DNA of 57,864 nt. Origin: an uncultured bacterium (GTDB lineage Bacteria > Verrucomicrobiota > Kiritimatiellia > RFP12 > UBA1067). The DNA lies in NCBI GenBank assembly GCA_902780865.1, contig CACZHC010000010.1, positions 1 through 57,864 on the forward strand. The letters are read 5' to 3'. The position numbers and the translations under genes were made by a program. The notes beneath the pieces are model-generated. The model did not search any database. It saw only the letters and a program-made list of their open reading frames with translations, and was not told where the DNA came from. Position 1 is the first letter of the stretch; each line of letters starts with the position of its first letter. Shown here in pieces: positions 26,812 to 36,357 of the stretch.

Positions 26812-26855
26812 GCTTCAAACTTCAAACATCTAACATCAAACATAAAGCTCTCAAC
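26807..26855 (+). repeat. heptamer tandem array, consensus WTCAAAC, 7 units
   Basis: CATAAGC TTCAAAC TTCAAAC ATCTAAC ATCAAAC ATAAAGC TCTCAAC, filling the spacer before dapL. Confidence 0.8.
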
Positions 26856-26857
26856 CC

Positions 26858-28081
26858 ATGCTCCACGTAAACGAAAACTACTCTAAGATACAGGCAAGCT
26901 ACCTCTTCACCGAGATAGCCCATCGTGTCGCCGCGCACCAGTCGGCGAACCCAGACGCGAAGATAATCCGTCTTGGCATAGGCGACGTCACCGAGCCGCT
27001 TTGCGACGCGGTCGTGAAGGCGATGCACAAGGCCGTCGACGACGAGGCGACGCGCAAGGACTTCCACGGCTACGGCCCGGAGCAGGGCTACGCTTTCCTC
27101 CGCGAGAAGGCGGCGAAGGTCGACTTTCAGGACCGCGGCATCGACATCGCGGCCGACGAGATATTCGTCTCCGACGGCGCGAAGTGCGACTGCGGCAACA
27201 TACAGGAGCTTTTCGGCAACGATGTCAAGATCGCTGTCGGCGATCCCGTCTATCCGGTCTATGTCGACACGAACGTGATGGCCGGCCGTACGGGCGCGAA
27301 CGACGGCGGGCGCTACTCTGGACTCGTCTACTTGACGTGTGACGCGTCGAACGGCTTTGTGCCCGGCCCTGAATTGGCCGAGGGCGCGGACATCGTATAC
27401 CTCTGCTATCCGAACAACCCGACTGGCGCAGTCGCCACGAAGGAACAGCTTCAGAAGTGGGTCGACTGGGCGAACGCCAATAAGTCGCTCATCCTCTTCG
27501 ACGCCGCATACGAGGCGTTCATAAGGACCCCCGGGATTCCGCACTCCATCTACGAGTGCGAGGGTGCGCGCAGCTGCGCGATAGAGTTTCGCAGCTACTC
27601 TAAGACTGCCGGCTTCACCGGCGTCCGCTGCGGCTACACGGTGGTTCCGAAGGGCCTTGTCGCGTATGCAAAGGACGGCTCGCCCGTCGAGCTGAGGCCG
27701 ATGTGGACGCGTCGCCAGACGACGAAATTCAACGGTGCGAGCTACATTACCCAGCGCGGCGCGGAGGCGATCTACTCGCCCGAGGGCCAGGCTCAGACGA
27801 AGGCGACGATCGACTTCTACCTTGAAAACGGGCGGCTCATGAAAGAGGCGCTTTCGGCTCTCGGCTACGATGTGACAGGAGGCGGCAACTCGCCGTATCT
27901 CTGGGTCAACGTGAAGGGCGACAGCTGGGAGTTTTTCGACAAGCTACTCAAGAAGGCAAATGTCGTCACGACCCCCGGTGCCGGCTTCGGCAGGGCTGGC
28001 GAGGGATACATAAGGATTTCGTCGTTTAACTCGCGCGAGAACGTCCTCGAGGCGGTCGAGCGGTTGAGGAATGTTCTGTGA
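26858..28081 (+). CDS. dapL: LL-diaminopimelate aminotransferase
   Basis: [82 protein letters not shown]. Confidence 0.95.
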   Translation: MLHVNENYSKIQASYLFTEIAHRVAAHQSANPDAKIIRLGIGDVTEPLCDAVVKAMHKAVDDEATRKDFHGYGPEQGYAFLREKAAKVDFQDRGIDIAADEIFVSDGAKCDCGNIQELFGNDVKIAVGDPVYPVYVDTNVMAGRTGANDGGRYSGLVYLTCDASNGFVPGPELAEGADIVYLCYPNNPTGAVATKEQLQKWVDWANANKSLILFDAAYEAFIRTPGIPHSIYECEGARSCAIEFRSYSKTAGFTGVRCGYTVVPKGLVAYAKDGSPVELRPMWTRRQTTKFNGASYITQRGAEAIYSPEGQAQTKATIDFYLENGRLMKEALSALGYDVTGGGNSPYLWVNVKGDSWEFFDKLLKKANVVTTPGAGFGRAGEGYIRISSFNSRENVLEAVERLRNVL

Positions 28082-28127
28082 CGGGCGCCTTGACGCTAAA
28101 GAAGAAACTCAAATCGGAGGACGCGGA

Positions 28128-30005
28128 ATGAAAGAATCATCCATTGGACGCAAGATCGCAGCAGGGCTCTCCCTCGCGCTGCTCGTAGCTTTTGGCGCTG
28201 TTGCCGCGCCGATGATGACGCAGTGGGGCGAGAAGGTGACGCCAGAGAGCGCATGGCGCGGATATCCCCGCCCGCAGATGGTTCGCGAAAACTGGACGAA
28301 CCTGAACGGCAAGTGGGACTATGCCGTGACGAGCGTCACCAACACTCCCGGTCGGCCGACGAAGTGGGACGGGAAGATCCTCGTGCCGTTCGCGATCGAG
28401 AGCGCGCTTTCTGGCGTGGGGCGCCTCCTTGAGCCGAATGAATTCCTCTGGTACACGCGCAAGATCGAATGCGACCCCAAGCCGGGCGAGAGGATACTCC
28501 TCCACTTCGGCGGCGTCGACTTCCGCACAATGGTCTTCATCGGGCACGACGAGGTGACCGACGTTCCGCACGAAGGCGGGCAGAATCCGTTCACGCTCGA
28601 CATCACCGACTACGTGAAGAAGGGCGAGAACGAGCTTACGGTCTGCGTGTGGGATCCGACCGACGATTTCATCAACTCCCGCGGCAAGCAGTGCTTCAAG
28701 CCGGCTGGCTGCTTCTATACGCGCGTCTCCGGCATTTGGCAGACGGTGTGGATGGAGACCGTGCCCAATTGCCGCATCGAGAAATACACGGTGGTGACGG
28801 ACATTGACGAAGGCACTGCGACGCTCAATTTCTGTCTTGCCGGTCGTGGCACCGATCGCGTGACGGTGTCTGTCGACGGCGTCGGCGAGTTCGACGGCGA
28901 CGGCAAGGTCGTTGTGAAACTGCCGTCCGGTTTCAAGCACTGGAGCCCGGAGTCTCCCGCCCTCTACAACTTCACGGCGAAGTACGGCAAGGACGTGGTG
29001 AAGGGCTACTTCGGCATGCGCAAGATCGAGAAGCGCAAGGACGCGAAGGGCGTTCTCAGGTTCTTCCTCAACAACAAGCCCTACTTCATGATCGGCACTC
29101 TCGACCAGGGATGGTGGCCCGACGGGCTTCTTACTCCGCCGTCCGAGGAGGGCATGGAATACGACGTTAAGGTGCTGAAGGACTGCGGCTTCAACATGCT
29201 CCGCAAGCACATCAAGGTCGAGCCCCAGCAGTACTACGCGATGTGCGACAGGCTTGGCATCCTCGTCGTACAGGACCTTCCGAGCGGCGACGGCAGGTCG
29301 ATCTCGCCCGAGAGAGCCGACACGGTTAGGCGCTACTGGCTCGGGCGCCAGGAAATGAAGGAGATGATGGACGACCTCCAGTCGTTCCCGTCCATCGTCA
29401 TGTGGAACCCGTACAACGAGGGCTGGTCGCAGCCAGGTGAGTTCCTCACCCACTCGATGCTCGACTTCACGCGCCGCCACGACCCGACGCGCCTCGTCAA
29501 CGGCCCGAGCGGATGCTGGGACTGGGAGGGCGGCCACCTTCTGCCGAAGGGTTGGGCGTGGAACGACCGCGTCTGGTCGAAGCACAAGCCTGAAGGAGAG
29601 TGCGAGGCGGCGGACACCGTCGACCTGCATCTCTACCGCGGCCCTGACATGTTCCCCGTCAACGACCGCCGCGTGAGCTTCCTTGGCGAGTTCGGCGGCC
29701 TCGGCCATCCAGTCGAGGGCCATCTCTGGAAAGAGGCCAAGGGCAGTTGGGGCTACGGCGGCATCGCGGACACGAAGACGCGCGAAGGGCTTGAAAAGAC
29801 ATATCTCGGCCTTATGGAAAAAGTCGGGCTTCTCGCGGAGAAGGGTCTTGGCGGCTCCGTCTACACCCAGACGACCGATGTTGAGGTCGAGGTAAACGGG
29901 CTGCTCACCTACGACCGCAAGGTCCTCAAGTATGATCCAGCCGTTCTCAAGAAGGCGCACGAGGCCATAGTGCGCAGAGCCGAGTCGGCAGCTTCTGGAA
30001 ACTGA
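28128..30005 (+). CDS. glycoside hydrolase family 2, secreted
   Basis: Signal peptide; YPRPQMVR..WTNLNG, VPFAIESALSG, SGIWQTVW, LDQGWWPDG, RKHIKVEP, WNPYNEGW, GEFGG, YTQTTDVE; SD GGAGG before ATG 28128. Confidence 0.88.
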   Translation: MKESSIGRKIAAGLSLALLVAFGAVAAPMMTQWGEKVTPESAWRGYPRPQMVRENWTNLNGKWDYAVTSVTNTPGRPTKWDGKILVPFAIESALSGVGRLLEPNEFLWYTRKIECDPKPGERILLHFGGVDFRTMVFIGHDEVTDVPHEGGQNPFTLDITDYVKKGENELTVCVWDPTDDFINSRGKQCFKPAGCFYTRVSGIWQTVWMETVPNCRIEKYTVVTDIDEGTATLNFCLAGRGTDRVTVSVDGVGEFDGDGKVVVKLPSGFKHWSPESPALYNFTAKYGKDVVKGYFGMRKIEKRKDAKGVLRFFLNNKPYFMIGTLDQGWWPDGLLTPPSEEGMEYDVKVLKDCGFNMLRKHIKVEPQQYYAMCDRLGILVVQDLPSGDGRSISPERADTVRRYWLGRQEMKEMMDDLQSFPSIVMWNPYNEGWSQPGEFLTHSMLDFTRRHDPTRLVNGPSGCWDWEGGHLLPKGWAWNDRVWSKHKPEGECEAADTVDLHLYRGPDMFPVNDRRVSFLGEFGGLGHPVEGHLWKEAKGSWGYGGIADTKTREGLEKTYLGLMEKVGLLAEKGLGGSVYTQTTDVEVEVNGLLTYDRKVLKYDPAVLKKAHEAIVRRAESAASGN

Positions 30006-30022
30006 TGCCGGGCCGTCGCCAC

Positions 30023-30052
30023 TTGCGGCGGCAATCGTCGGTTTGGTATAAT
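30023..30052 (+). promoter_or_regulatory. promoter TTGCGG-18-TATAAT with extended TG
   Basis: TTGCGG 30023-28; TGGTATAAT 30044-52. Confidence 0.6.
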
Positions 30053-30086
30053 AGTCGCAAATGCAATTCTACAATCGGGGATATAA

Positions 30087-31286
30087 ATGAAAAAGACAAT
30101 AATCGCCGCCGCCATGGTGGCATTGCTCGCTGGATGCGGCGAGAACGAGGCCAAGAGGTTTGGGTACAAGGGCGTGGATCTTTCGGACGACGACAATATG
30201 TTCTTCACGACGGGTTTGGCCGTAACCAACTGGGTCCCGGCACGCGTCTTGAGCGTTTGCGAGGAGTATCCCATTAGCCCGGACGAAGCGGCCCTCATCG
30301 CGGCTGCCGGCGTCATAACGCCCAGCGAATCCTTCGAGAAGGTGCCTGAGGGCTACGCAAAGGCCTCAGAGGAACCTTGGTTCGTCATGTGGACGAAGGA
30401 GTCTGAGAACTTCGGGCGCAAGGGCGTCAACGGCTTCATCTCGCACTGGAACGAGGACAAGAACGTCTGGGAGACGAGCGAGACGTATTTCTCGTCGTAC
30501 TATCCCGACGAGGCCGGCGCTCTCGCCGCGCTTGCCGAGACGCGCAAGATCATCGGCGACAAGTTCTCCCCGAAGAAGTTCCATGACTTCGACAAGTGCT
30601 GGGTTGCCGAGTACCTGCGTCTGCGCGTGATGTGCATCGTTGGGCAGAAGCCAGACGGAACGTGGTCGTGCATGCTCGACATAAACGACAAGTGCCGCCC
30701 AGGTTGCGGACAGTGGGAGCCGGTCGAAGCGCAGGACGAGCGTCTTGCCGACTACAAGTACCGCAAGGCTCTCGCCGCGTGGCGGGCGGAGAAGGCCAAG
30801 ATCCTCGAGGGGAACCATGCGGCCGTCGAGAAGCTTCGCGCCGAGAAGGGACTTGCGCTTCTTGGCTCGGAGGCAAGGGAGTTTGAATCACAGGACGGTC
30901 GCAAGGCCTATGTCCGCATCGGCACGTGCGATGCCGCGTCCGTGACGAACAGACTTGAATTCTGGAAGGAGAAGGCCGAGGCTCTTGCCGCCGCCACAGG
31001 CGTGGTCTTCGAGGGCGAGCCGACGAGCGAAGAGGATCCTTCCGGGTACGTCGCGTTGGGTCTTGTCGCATCGAGCGAACTCTACGACGTCCGTCTCGAC
31101 ATCGCCTTCCCTCGTCCTGCCGATGCGAAAGAGGAAGCGGAGAAGCCGGCGGAGGAGAAGCCCGAGGGCGAAAACGCCGAGGAAGAGCCTGCGCCGAAGC
31201 CGTCGGTCGAATGGCGTGAGCTCTGCTTCGAGAAGCTGCAGCCTGGCTTCGCGATTCCTCCGCGCCCCCAGCCGCCAAAGCGCTGA
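30087..31286 (+). CDS. hypothetical lipoprotein
   Basis: MKKTIIAAAMVALLAG-C lipobox; host-like codon usage; no recognisable domain. Confidence 0.75.
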   Translation: MKKTIIAAAMVALLAGCGENEAKRFGYKGVDLSDDDNMFFTTGLAVTNWVPARVLSVCEEYPISPDEAALIAAAGVITPSESFEKVPEGYAKASEEPWFVMWTKESENFGRKGVNGFISHWNEDKNVWETSETYFSSYYPDEAGALAALAETRKIIGDKFSPKKFHDFDKCWVAEYLRLRVMCIVGQKPDGTWSCMLDINDKCRPGCGQWEPVEAQDERLADYKYRKALAAWRAEKAKILEGNHAAVEKLRAEKGLALLGSEAREFESQDGRKAYVRIGTCDAASVTNRLEFWKEKAEALAAATGVVFEGEPTSEEDPSGYVALGLVASSELYDVRLDIAFPRPADAKEEAEKPAEEKPEGENAEEEPAPKPSVEWRELCFEKLQPGFAIPPRPQPPKR

Positions 31287-31299
31287 TCGGCGCATTGCG

Positions 31300-32736
31300 C
31301 TATTCGTGGAATACCTCGGCCTGGAACGTCTCGAACTTAGCCCCGTCTTTCCACGCGTCCGCGGCGAGTCCCGCCTTTAGCGAAAGGTACGAGAGGGTCG
31401 TTGCGAGATCCCAGCCCTGTTCGGGCGCGACTTGAGGCAGGAAAACGGCGAAGCAGCCGTCTTTCTCCAGCGTCATGCCGTCTCGCCCGAGCACGATGTC
31501 GCGCCATGTGCCGACGCGCCTCGGCGGCGTCAAGGCCGAGACCTCGACGCGTATGTTGGCGAGTTCTCGTTCGGAGACTGGCGAAAAGCGCGGATCGCGT
31601 AGCGCCGCGTCCACTGCACGCGCCGCGACGGCCTCGGCCAGCGGACGCATGGGAAGTATTTCGCCGATGCAGCCGCGAAGCGCGCCAGTCGTCTTGTCGT
31701 TCAGGGTGACGAACGCGCCCATTTTCGCAAGCGTCGCCTTCGGGGCGTCTCCGACGTCGACAAGGCCTTTTCTGTGAATGCCGTCTTTCACCGCACGTTC
31801 GAGGGACGCGCGCGCCACCTTGAGAAGATACGCCCTGTCTGTCGCCGAAAGGACGGCTTCCCCGTCGCGTTTCCATTCTGCGCGTCCTGTCGCCGCGAGA
31901 TAGCACACGAAGCGCGAATAGTCGCCGTCGCCGTCGCCCGAAGTGGCGTATCTGACTTTGGCAAGCGTCGTGCCATGCGGAAAGGAGCGGAGGGCAAGCT
32001 CGATCGGAACGTGCCCGCAGATTGTCGCGCCAGTGCGCTTCACGAACACCGCGAATCCGTCTGCATCGCCCTTGGCGGCGAGTGCAAACGCCTCGGCGTC
32101 CACGGCGGCGACCTGCTTGCGCACGTCCGCGCCGCCGCCTGTGCCGTATGGCGTGTAGTCGAAGTCTACGCCGTAGTGTGTGAAGTCGGAAGACAACACG
32201 AGCAGCGTCTCGTCGTCCATTAATCGGGATATTGCCCGGGCGCACATTCCCATCTGGTCCTGGCCAAGCGAGCCGATGACGAGCGGAACGACGGCAAAGC
32301 CAGAGCCGAGCGCGAGCTGGAGCAGGGGAAATTCGATTTGCGCGGAATGTTCGGCCAGGTGGATGCTGTCGTTGCGCATCACCGGCGCGAGGAGAGACAG
32401 CCGGTCAAGCCAGTCGCGGTCGATCTTGATCTCTCCGAGCGGCGTTGCCACGGCGTCCGACTCCGGGGCGACGAGGCGGTTCTCGATAAATGCGCGGTGG
32501 CTTGGCGCGAGCACGACTACGCGGCTGAACTTCGCGCCGCGCACGGCGCGGACGGCGGACCATGCCGTCTCTCCCGAGTATCTCCAGCCGGCGTGCGGCA
32601 GGACGAGGACGTTTGGAATGTGCGTTGGATCGCCCTTGTCGTGCGTGCTTGCCGCTTCCCATTTCGCGGCGACATCCCGTATCGCCCGTTCGGTGCCAGG
32701 ATACCAGGACCCTGCAATTGTGCTTTCAAGTGCCAT
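31300..32736 (-). CDS. AmmeMemoRadiSam system protein B (Memo) fused to protein A (AMMECR1)
   Basis: AGSWYP, PHAGWRYSG, PSH, EHSAQIEFP, SSDFTHY, TICG (Memo); GAFVTL...LRGCIG...DPRF...VEVSALTP...FLPQVA (AMMECR1); SD GAGGAGG before ATG 32736. Confidence 0.88.
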   Translation of the reverse strand: MALESTIAGSWYPGTERAIRDVAAKWEAASTHDKGDPTHIPNVLVLPHAGWRYSGETAWSAVRAVRGAKFSRVVVLAPSHRAFIENRLVAPESDAVATPLGEIKIDRDWLDRLSLLAPVMRNDSIHLAEHSAQIEFPLLQLALGSGFAVVPLVIGSLGQDQMGMCARAISRLMDDETLLVLSSDFTHYGVDFDYTPYGTGGGADVRKQVAAVDAEAFALAAKGDADGFAVFVKRTGATICGHVPIELALRSFPHGTTLAKVRYATSGDGDGDYSRFVCYLAATGRAEWKRDGEAVLSATDRAYLLKVARASLERAVKDGIHRKGLVDVGDAPKATLAKMGAFVTLNDKTTGALRGCIGEILPMRPLAEAVAARAVDAALRDPRFSPVSERELANIRVEVSALTPPRRVGTWRDIVLGRDGMTLEKDGCFAVFLPQVAPEQGWDLATTLSYLSLKAGLAADAWKDGAKFETFQAEVFHE

Positions 32737-32753
32737 GTGCGAGCCTCCTCTCG

Positions 32754-33320
32754 TCAGCCGAGGAATTCGTCCATTGTGTCCGAGCCGGGGTGGTTGATGC
32801 CGTCCCGGCTCGCCGTCTTGAAGACGGTGAGGAAAAGAATCTTGAGGTCGAGGAGAAGAGAGCGGTTGTCGACGTACCAGACGTCGAGGCGGAATTTCTC
32901 CTCCCACGAAAGGGCGTTGCGACCGTTGACCTGCGCCCAGCCGGTGATGCCGGGCCTGACCTCGTGGCGGCGCGCCTGTTCGGGCGAATAGCGCGGAAGG
33001 TATCGCGTGGGGAGAGGGCGCGGGCCGACGAGGGCCATCTTGCCGGAAAGGACGTGCAGAAGCTGCGGTAGCTCGTCTAAAGAGGTCGCGCGCAAGAACC
33101 GCCCGAGCCGCGTAAGACGCTCGGCGTCCGTGCCTTCGCCGCCTCGCATCGTGCGGAACTTGAGCATCGTAAAGACGCGGCCGCCTTTGCCCGCGCGTTC
33201 CTGCTTGAAGAGGAGTGGACGGCCGTCAAAGACCAGAATTGCTACGGCGACGAGCGCGGCAATCGGGACCCACAGCGGAGCTGCGACAATCACGGCAAGA
33301 GATTCAATGACTCTTTTCAC
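32754..33320 (-). CDS. bacterial sugar transferase (PglC/WcaJ-type phosphoglycosyl transferase)
   Basis: KRVIE, FKQERAG, KFRTM, FLRATSLDELPQL, LVGPRP, RPGITGWAQVNGRN, DVWYVDN; GTG start 6 nt after a reverse-strand TATAAT. Confidence 0.9.
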   Translation of the reverse strand: MKRVIESLAVIVAAPLWVPIAALVAVAILVFDGRPLLFKQERAGKGGRVFTMLKFRTMRGGEGTDAERLTRLGRFLRATSLDELPQLLHVLSGKMALVGPRPLPTRYLPRYSPEQARRHEVRPGITGWAQVNGRNALSWEEKFRLDVWYVDNRSLLLDLKILFLTVFKTASRDGINHPGSDTMDEFLG

Positions 33321-33326
33321 GGCACT

Positions 33327-33349
33327 ATTATAGCAAATTATGGTATAAT
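33327..33349. promoter_or_regulatory. back-to-back divergent extended -10 promoters
   Basis: ATTATAGCA (reverse TGCTATAAT, 33327-35) AATTA TGGTATAAT (33341-49). Confidence 0.7.
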
Positions 33350-33373
33350 TTACGCACAGCAAGGAGAATTCCC

Positions 33374-33985
33374 ATGAGAGACCTTTTTATTGTAGGAGCG
33401 GGCGGCTTCGGCCGCGAGGCAATCTGGACCGTCGAGCGCATCAACGCGCTTTCGCAGCAGCCGCAGTGGAACATCATCGGCTACGCCGACGACGACCCTA
33501 AGTGGAAGAAGGGCGACAACTTCGAGGGATTCCCGATCCTCGGAACTCTTGAGGAGGCGTCACGCGACTATCCCGGGGCGTCGGTCTTCATCGCCGTCGG
33601 CAAGAACTCGAAGCGCGCCGACATCGCGAAGCGCCTGTGCGGGCATGACTTCCCGGCGATCATCGACCCGAAGGCGCAGATTTCCCCGACGACCGACTTC
33701 CTCGAAGGCGCGTTCATCGCCGCCGGTGCAGTCGTGCAGGTGGGAGCCGAGCTTGGCCGCTTTGTGATCGTTGGAGCAAACGCCGTCGTCTGCCACGATG
33801 CGCATCTTGGCGATTTCGTCAACATGGGCCCCGGCACCGTCGTCGCCTCTGGCGTAAAGGTAGAGGACAACGTTTCCTTCTTCGCCAACTCCTCCACGAT
33901 GCCGTGGATCACGATCGGCACCGGTTCGGTCATTAACTGCGGCAAGGGTGTCAAGGAAAGCATCCCGGCGAATACCGAGGTCTGA
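33374..33985 (+). CDS. NeuD/PglD-type sugar O-acyltransferase (hexapeptide repeat)
   Basis: IVGAGGFGRE, GYADD, FIAVG...R, hexapeptide repeats, CHD motif; SD AAGGAG. Confidence 0.85.
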   Translation: MRDLFIVGAGGFGREAIWTVERINALSQQPQWNIIGYADDDPKWKKGDNFEGFPILGTLEEASRDYPGASVFIAVGKNSKRADIAKRLCGHDFPAIIDPKAQISPTTDFLEGAFIAAGAVVQVGAELGRFVIVGANAVVCHDAHLGDFVNMGPGTVVASGVKVEDNVSFFANSSTMPWITIGTGSVINCGKGVKESIPANTEV

Positions 33986-33999
33986 AGGCGGCGCGAGGC

Positions 34000-36357
34000 G
34001 TGAAGAAGGTTGTCTATAACCTGCTGTTCGCCATCGTCTATCCGTTTCTCCTGCCTGGCTTTCTCGTCCGAATGCTGAGGCGCGGCGGATATGCCGCGCG
34101 GATGGGCGATAGGTTCGCCCTTTATCCGGACGAAGTACTGGCAAAGTTCAGGGAAGGCGGTTTCGTCTGGATTCACGCCGTTTCCGTCGGCGAGGTCCAG
34201 GTCGCGGGCCAGCTGATGCGCGAATGGCGAAAGGTCGAGCCAGCCGTCAAGTTCGCCTTTTCGACGACGAGTTCCACCGGCTGGAAGATGGCCGAGAAGG
34301 AAATCTCCGAACGCGACGTCCTCATATACAATCCGCTCGACTTCCCGAATTTCGTCAAGAGCGCGCTGAAGACCGTCCGTCCTCGCGCGGTAGTCCTCAC
34401 CGAAAGCGAAATCTGGCCCAACTTTATCTGGACGGCGCGACGCTACCGCATACCTGTCTTTCTAATAAACGCGCGCGTCAGCGACCGCAGCGCTCCGCGC
34501 TACAAGGCCGCCCGCTGGTTCTTCGGCGACGTTCTCTCTTCGTTCGCCCGCATCTTCGCGCAGTCCGATCTCGACGCAACCCGCCTCGTTGCCGCGGGCG
34601 CCCCTGAAAGAATCGTCGAGGTGACGGGCAGCTTCAAGTTTGACGTCGCGCACCGCAACGAGGCGAAGGAGCGTGAGCTCAGGGACTGGATAGGCCCAGG
34701 ACGCATACTTCTCGGCGGCTCGACCTGGCCAGGAGAGGACGAGGCGCTTCTCCGCATATACTCCGATATCACGAAGGCGCAGGGCGGCGTGCCGCAAGTA
34801 AAGCTCGTCATAGCCCCGCGCCACTTCGAGAAAGCCGACGCCGTAGAGGCGAACATCACATCCGCCGGCTTCTCGTGCGTTCGTCGCAGCAGAAAAGACT
34901 TGCCCACTCACCCACTCGCCAACTCCTCCACTCCCGTCTACCTCGCCGACACGACTGGCGAGCTGATGGGGCTTTACGGAATCGCTGATGTCGTGTTTGT
35001 CGGAAAGTCCCTCTGCGCCCACGGAAGCCAGAACATGATCGAGCCTTGTCTTTGCGGCAAGCCGACGGCCGTCGGGCCTTACACAGAAAACTTCCGTCCC
35101 GTCATGAGCGATCTTCTCGCGGCCGACGCCATACGCCAGGTGAAGGACGAAATGGAGCTTGGCGAATTCGTGAAAAGTTCTTTTGCCGACGATGGCGGGC
35201 TTGGCGAACGCGCGGCTGCGGCAGTCGAGCGCCGGAAGGGCGTCGTTCCGAAGTGCGTCGAGGCGATACGCCGCGTACTTGTCTGCGTCGCGCTTCTTCT
35301 CGTCGTCGCCGGATGCGGAAATGACGGCGGCGACGATGCCAAGAAGACAAAAGCCGAACCAGAGGAAAGCTCGTTTCGCCCCGTCAAGATAACAACCGCC
35401 TGCATCGCGGCAATCGAGAAGCCCACTGCGACGCGAGTGCTGCTCGTAGACGACAAGGCAGAGACGTTCAGGCCGTTCCTCTCTTCGTTTGGCGTAATCT
35501 GCGTCTCGAACGAGGAGGCCGCCGCTGAATCGAAGTTCGACATCGTATTTCTCGCCGGCACGGCTGATTCCGAGAAGCTTTCCGCCGCCCTTGGGCGTAC
35601 GGGCGAGACTGGCGTCCTCGCTTGGCGTCTTGCCGTCAAGGACATGAGCGCAGCGGACTTCAAGACTGCCGTCGAGTCGTTTCCTTGCGAAGCGGCGCAT
35701 CTCTGGATGCCAAGTGCCGAGGAATGGGTTTTCGTCGGCCGCCGCTCGCATCGCAAGTTAAAGCTCGACGCGATGATGGACGTCTTTTCGCGTGAAGTGG
35801 CGTTTGAGGCGCTTGCCGAGGCAAAGGCGACCGCGCTTTCCGACGTCTTTGCAAGCTATGTCGGAAATCTTGACGGTCTTTCGGGGGCGTTTGCGTCGAC
35901 GAACCTCTCTGTCGTGGTTCGCCCTGAGTTTTTCGTTACGAAGGACATCCCGCCGCTTGACTGGGTGACGCGCGGTGACGTTGACGAAGACATCTACAAG
36001 GCGACTCTCGCCGAGATTCGCTCGATGCAGGTCGTGCGCCGTCTTGTGATAGAGGGCGATCTCCTTGCCGCAGAGGGCAAGGCGGACGACGCCACCGAAG
36101 TGTGGGCGCGGGCCATGCTCAGGAATCCCCGCGACCCGATGCTGCTTGACCGCCTCGACAAATTGTCGCGCAATGCGGAGGCGCTTCTCGCCGTGGGCAA
36201 CGTCGCTGCTGCGGCAAAGTGCTACGAGACAATGGTTGTCATAAACCCGACGGATGCGTCGGCTGTGTTAAAATACGGCATGAGCCTTCGCCGCCTCGGC
36301 AAGAAGGAGATGTCCGATCAAGTGCTCAAACGAGCAGGGGAGCTGAGAAAGAAATGA
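34000..36357 (+). CDS. waaA: Kdo transferase WaaA fused via an internal signal-like segment to a ~350-aa domain ending in TPRs
   Basis: WIHAVSVGE, PLD, ESEIWPN, INARVSDRS, QS, GSFKFD, GSTWPGED, APRHFE, DTTGEL, FVGKSL, QNMIEP in the first ~425 aa, then RRVLVCVALLLVVAGC and C-terminal TPR-like helices. Confidence 0.8.
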   Translation: MKKVVYNLLFAIVYPFLLPGFLVRMLRRGGYAARMGDRFALYPDEVLAKFREGGFVWIHAVSVGEVQVAGQLMREWRKVEPAVKFAFSTTSSTGWKMAEKEISERDVLIYNPLDFPNFVKSALKTVRPRAVVLTESEIWPNFIWTARRYRIPVFLINARVSDRSAPRYKAARWFFGDVLSSFARIFAQSDLDATRLVAAGAPERIVEVTGSFKFDVAHRNEAKERELRDWIGPGRILLGGSTWPGEDEALLRIYSDITKAQGGVPQVKLVIAPRHFEKADAVEANITSAGFSCVRRSRKDLPTHPLANSSTPVYLADTTGELMGLYGIADVVFVGKSLCAHGSQNMIEPCLCGKPTAVGPYTENFRPVMSDLLAADAIRQVKDEMELGEFVKSSFADDGGLGERAAAAVERRKGVVPKCVEAIRRVLVCVALLLVVAGCGNDGGDDAKKTKAEPEESSFRPVKITTACIAAIEKPTATRVLLVDDKAETFRPFLSSFGVICVSNEEAAAESKFDIVFLAGTADSEKLSAALGRTGETGVLAWRLAVKDMSAADFKTAVESFPCEAAHLWMPSAEEWVFVGRRSHRKLKLDAMMDVFSREVAFEALAEAKATALSDVFASYVGNLDGLSGAFASTNLSVVVRPEFFVTKDIPPLDWVTRGDVDEDIYKATLAEIRSMQVVRRLVIEGDLLAAEGKADDATEVWARAMLRNPRDPMLLDRLDKLSRNAEALLAVGNVAAAAKCYETMVVINPTDASAVLKYGMSLRRLGKKEMSDQVLKRAGELRKK
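34897..34936 (+). repeat. in-frame octamer array (CACTCNCC x5) in a WaaA loop
   Basis: GACTTGCC CACTCACC CACTCGCC AACTCCTC CACTCCCG, encoding DLPTHPLANSSTP. Confidence 0.65.

Noticed and set aside
31287-31299. Terminators between convergent gene pairs (31287-31299, 44990-45035, 53845-53851)
   Set aside because: No convincing stem plus U-tract seen
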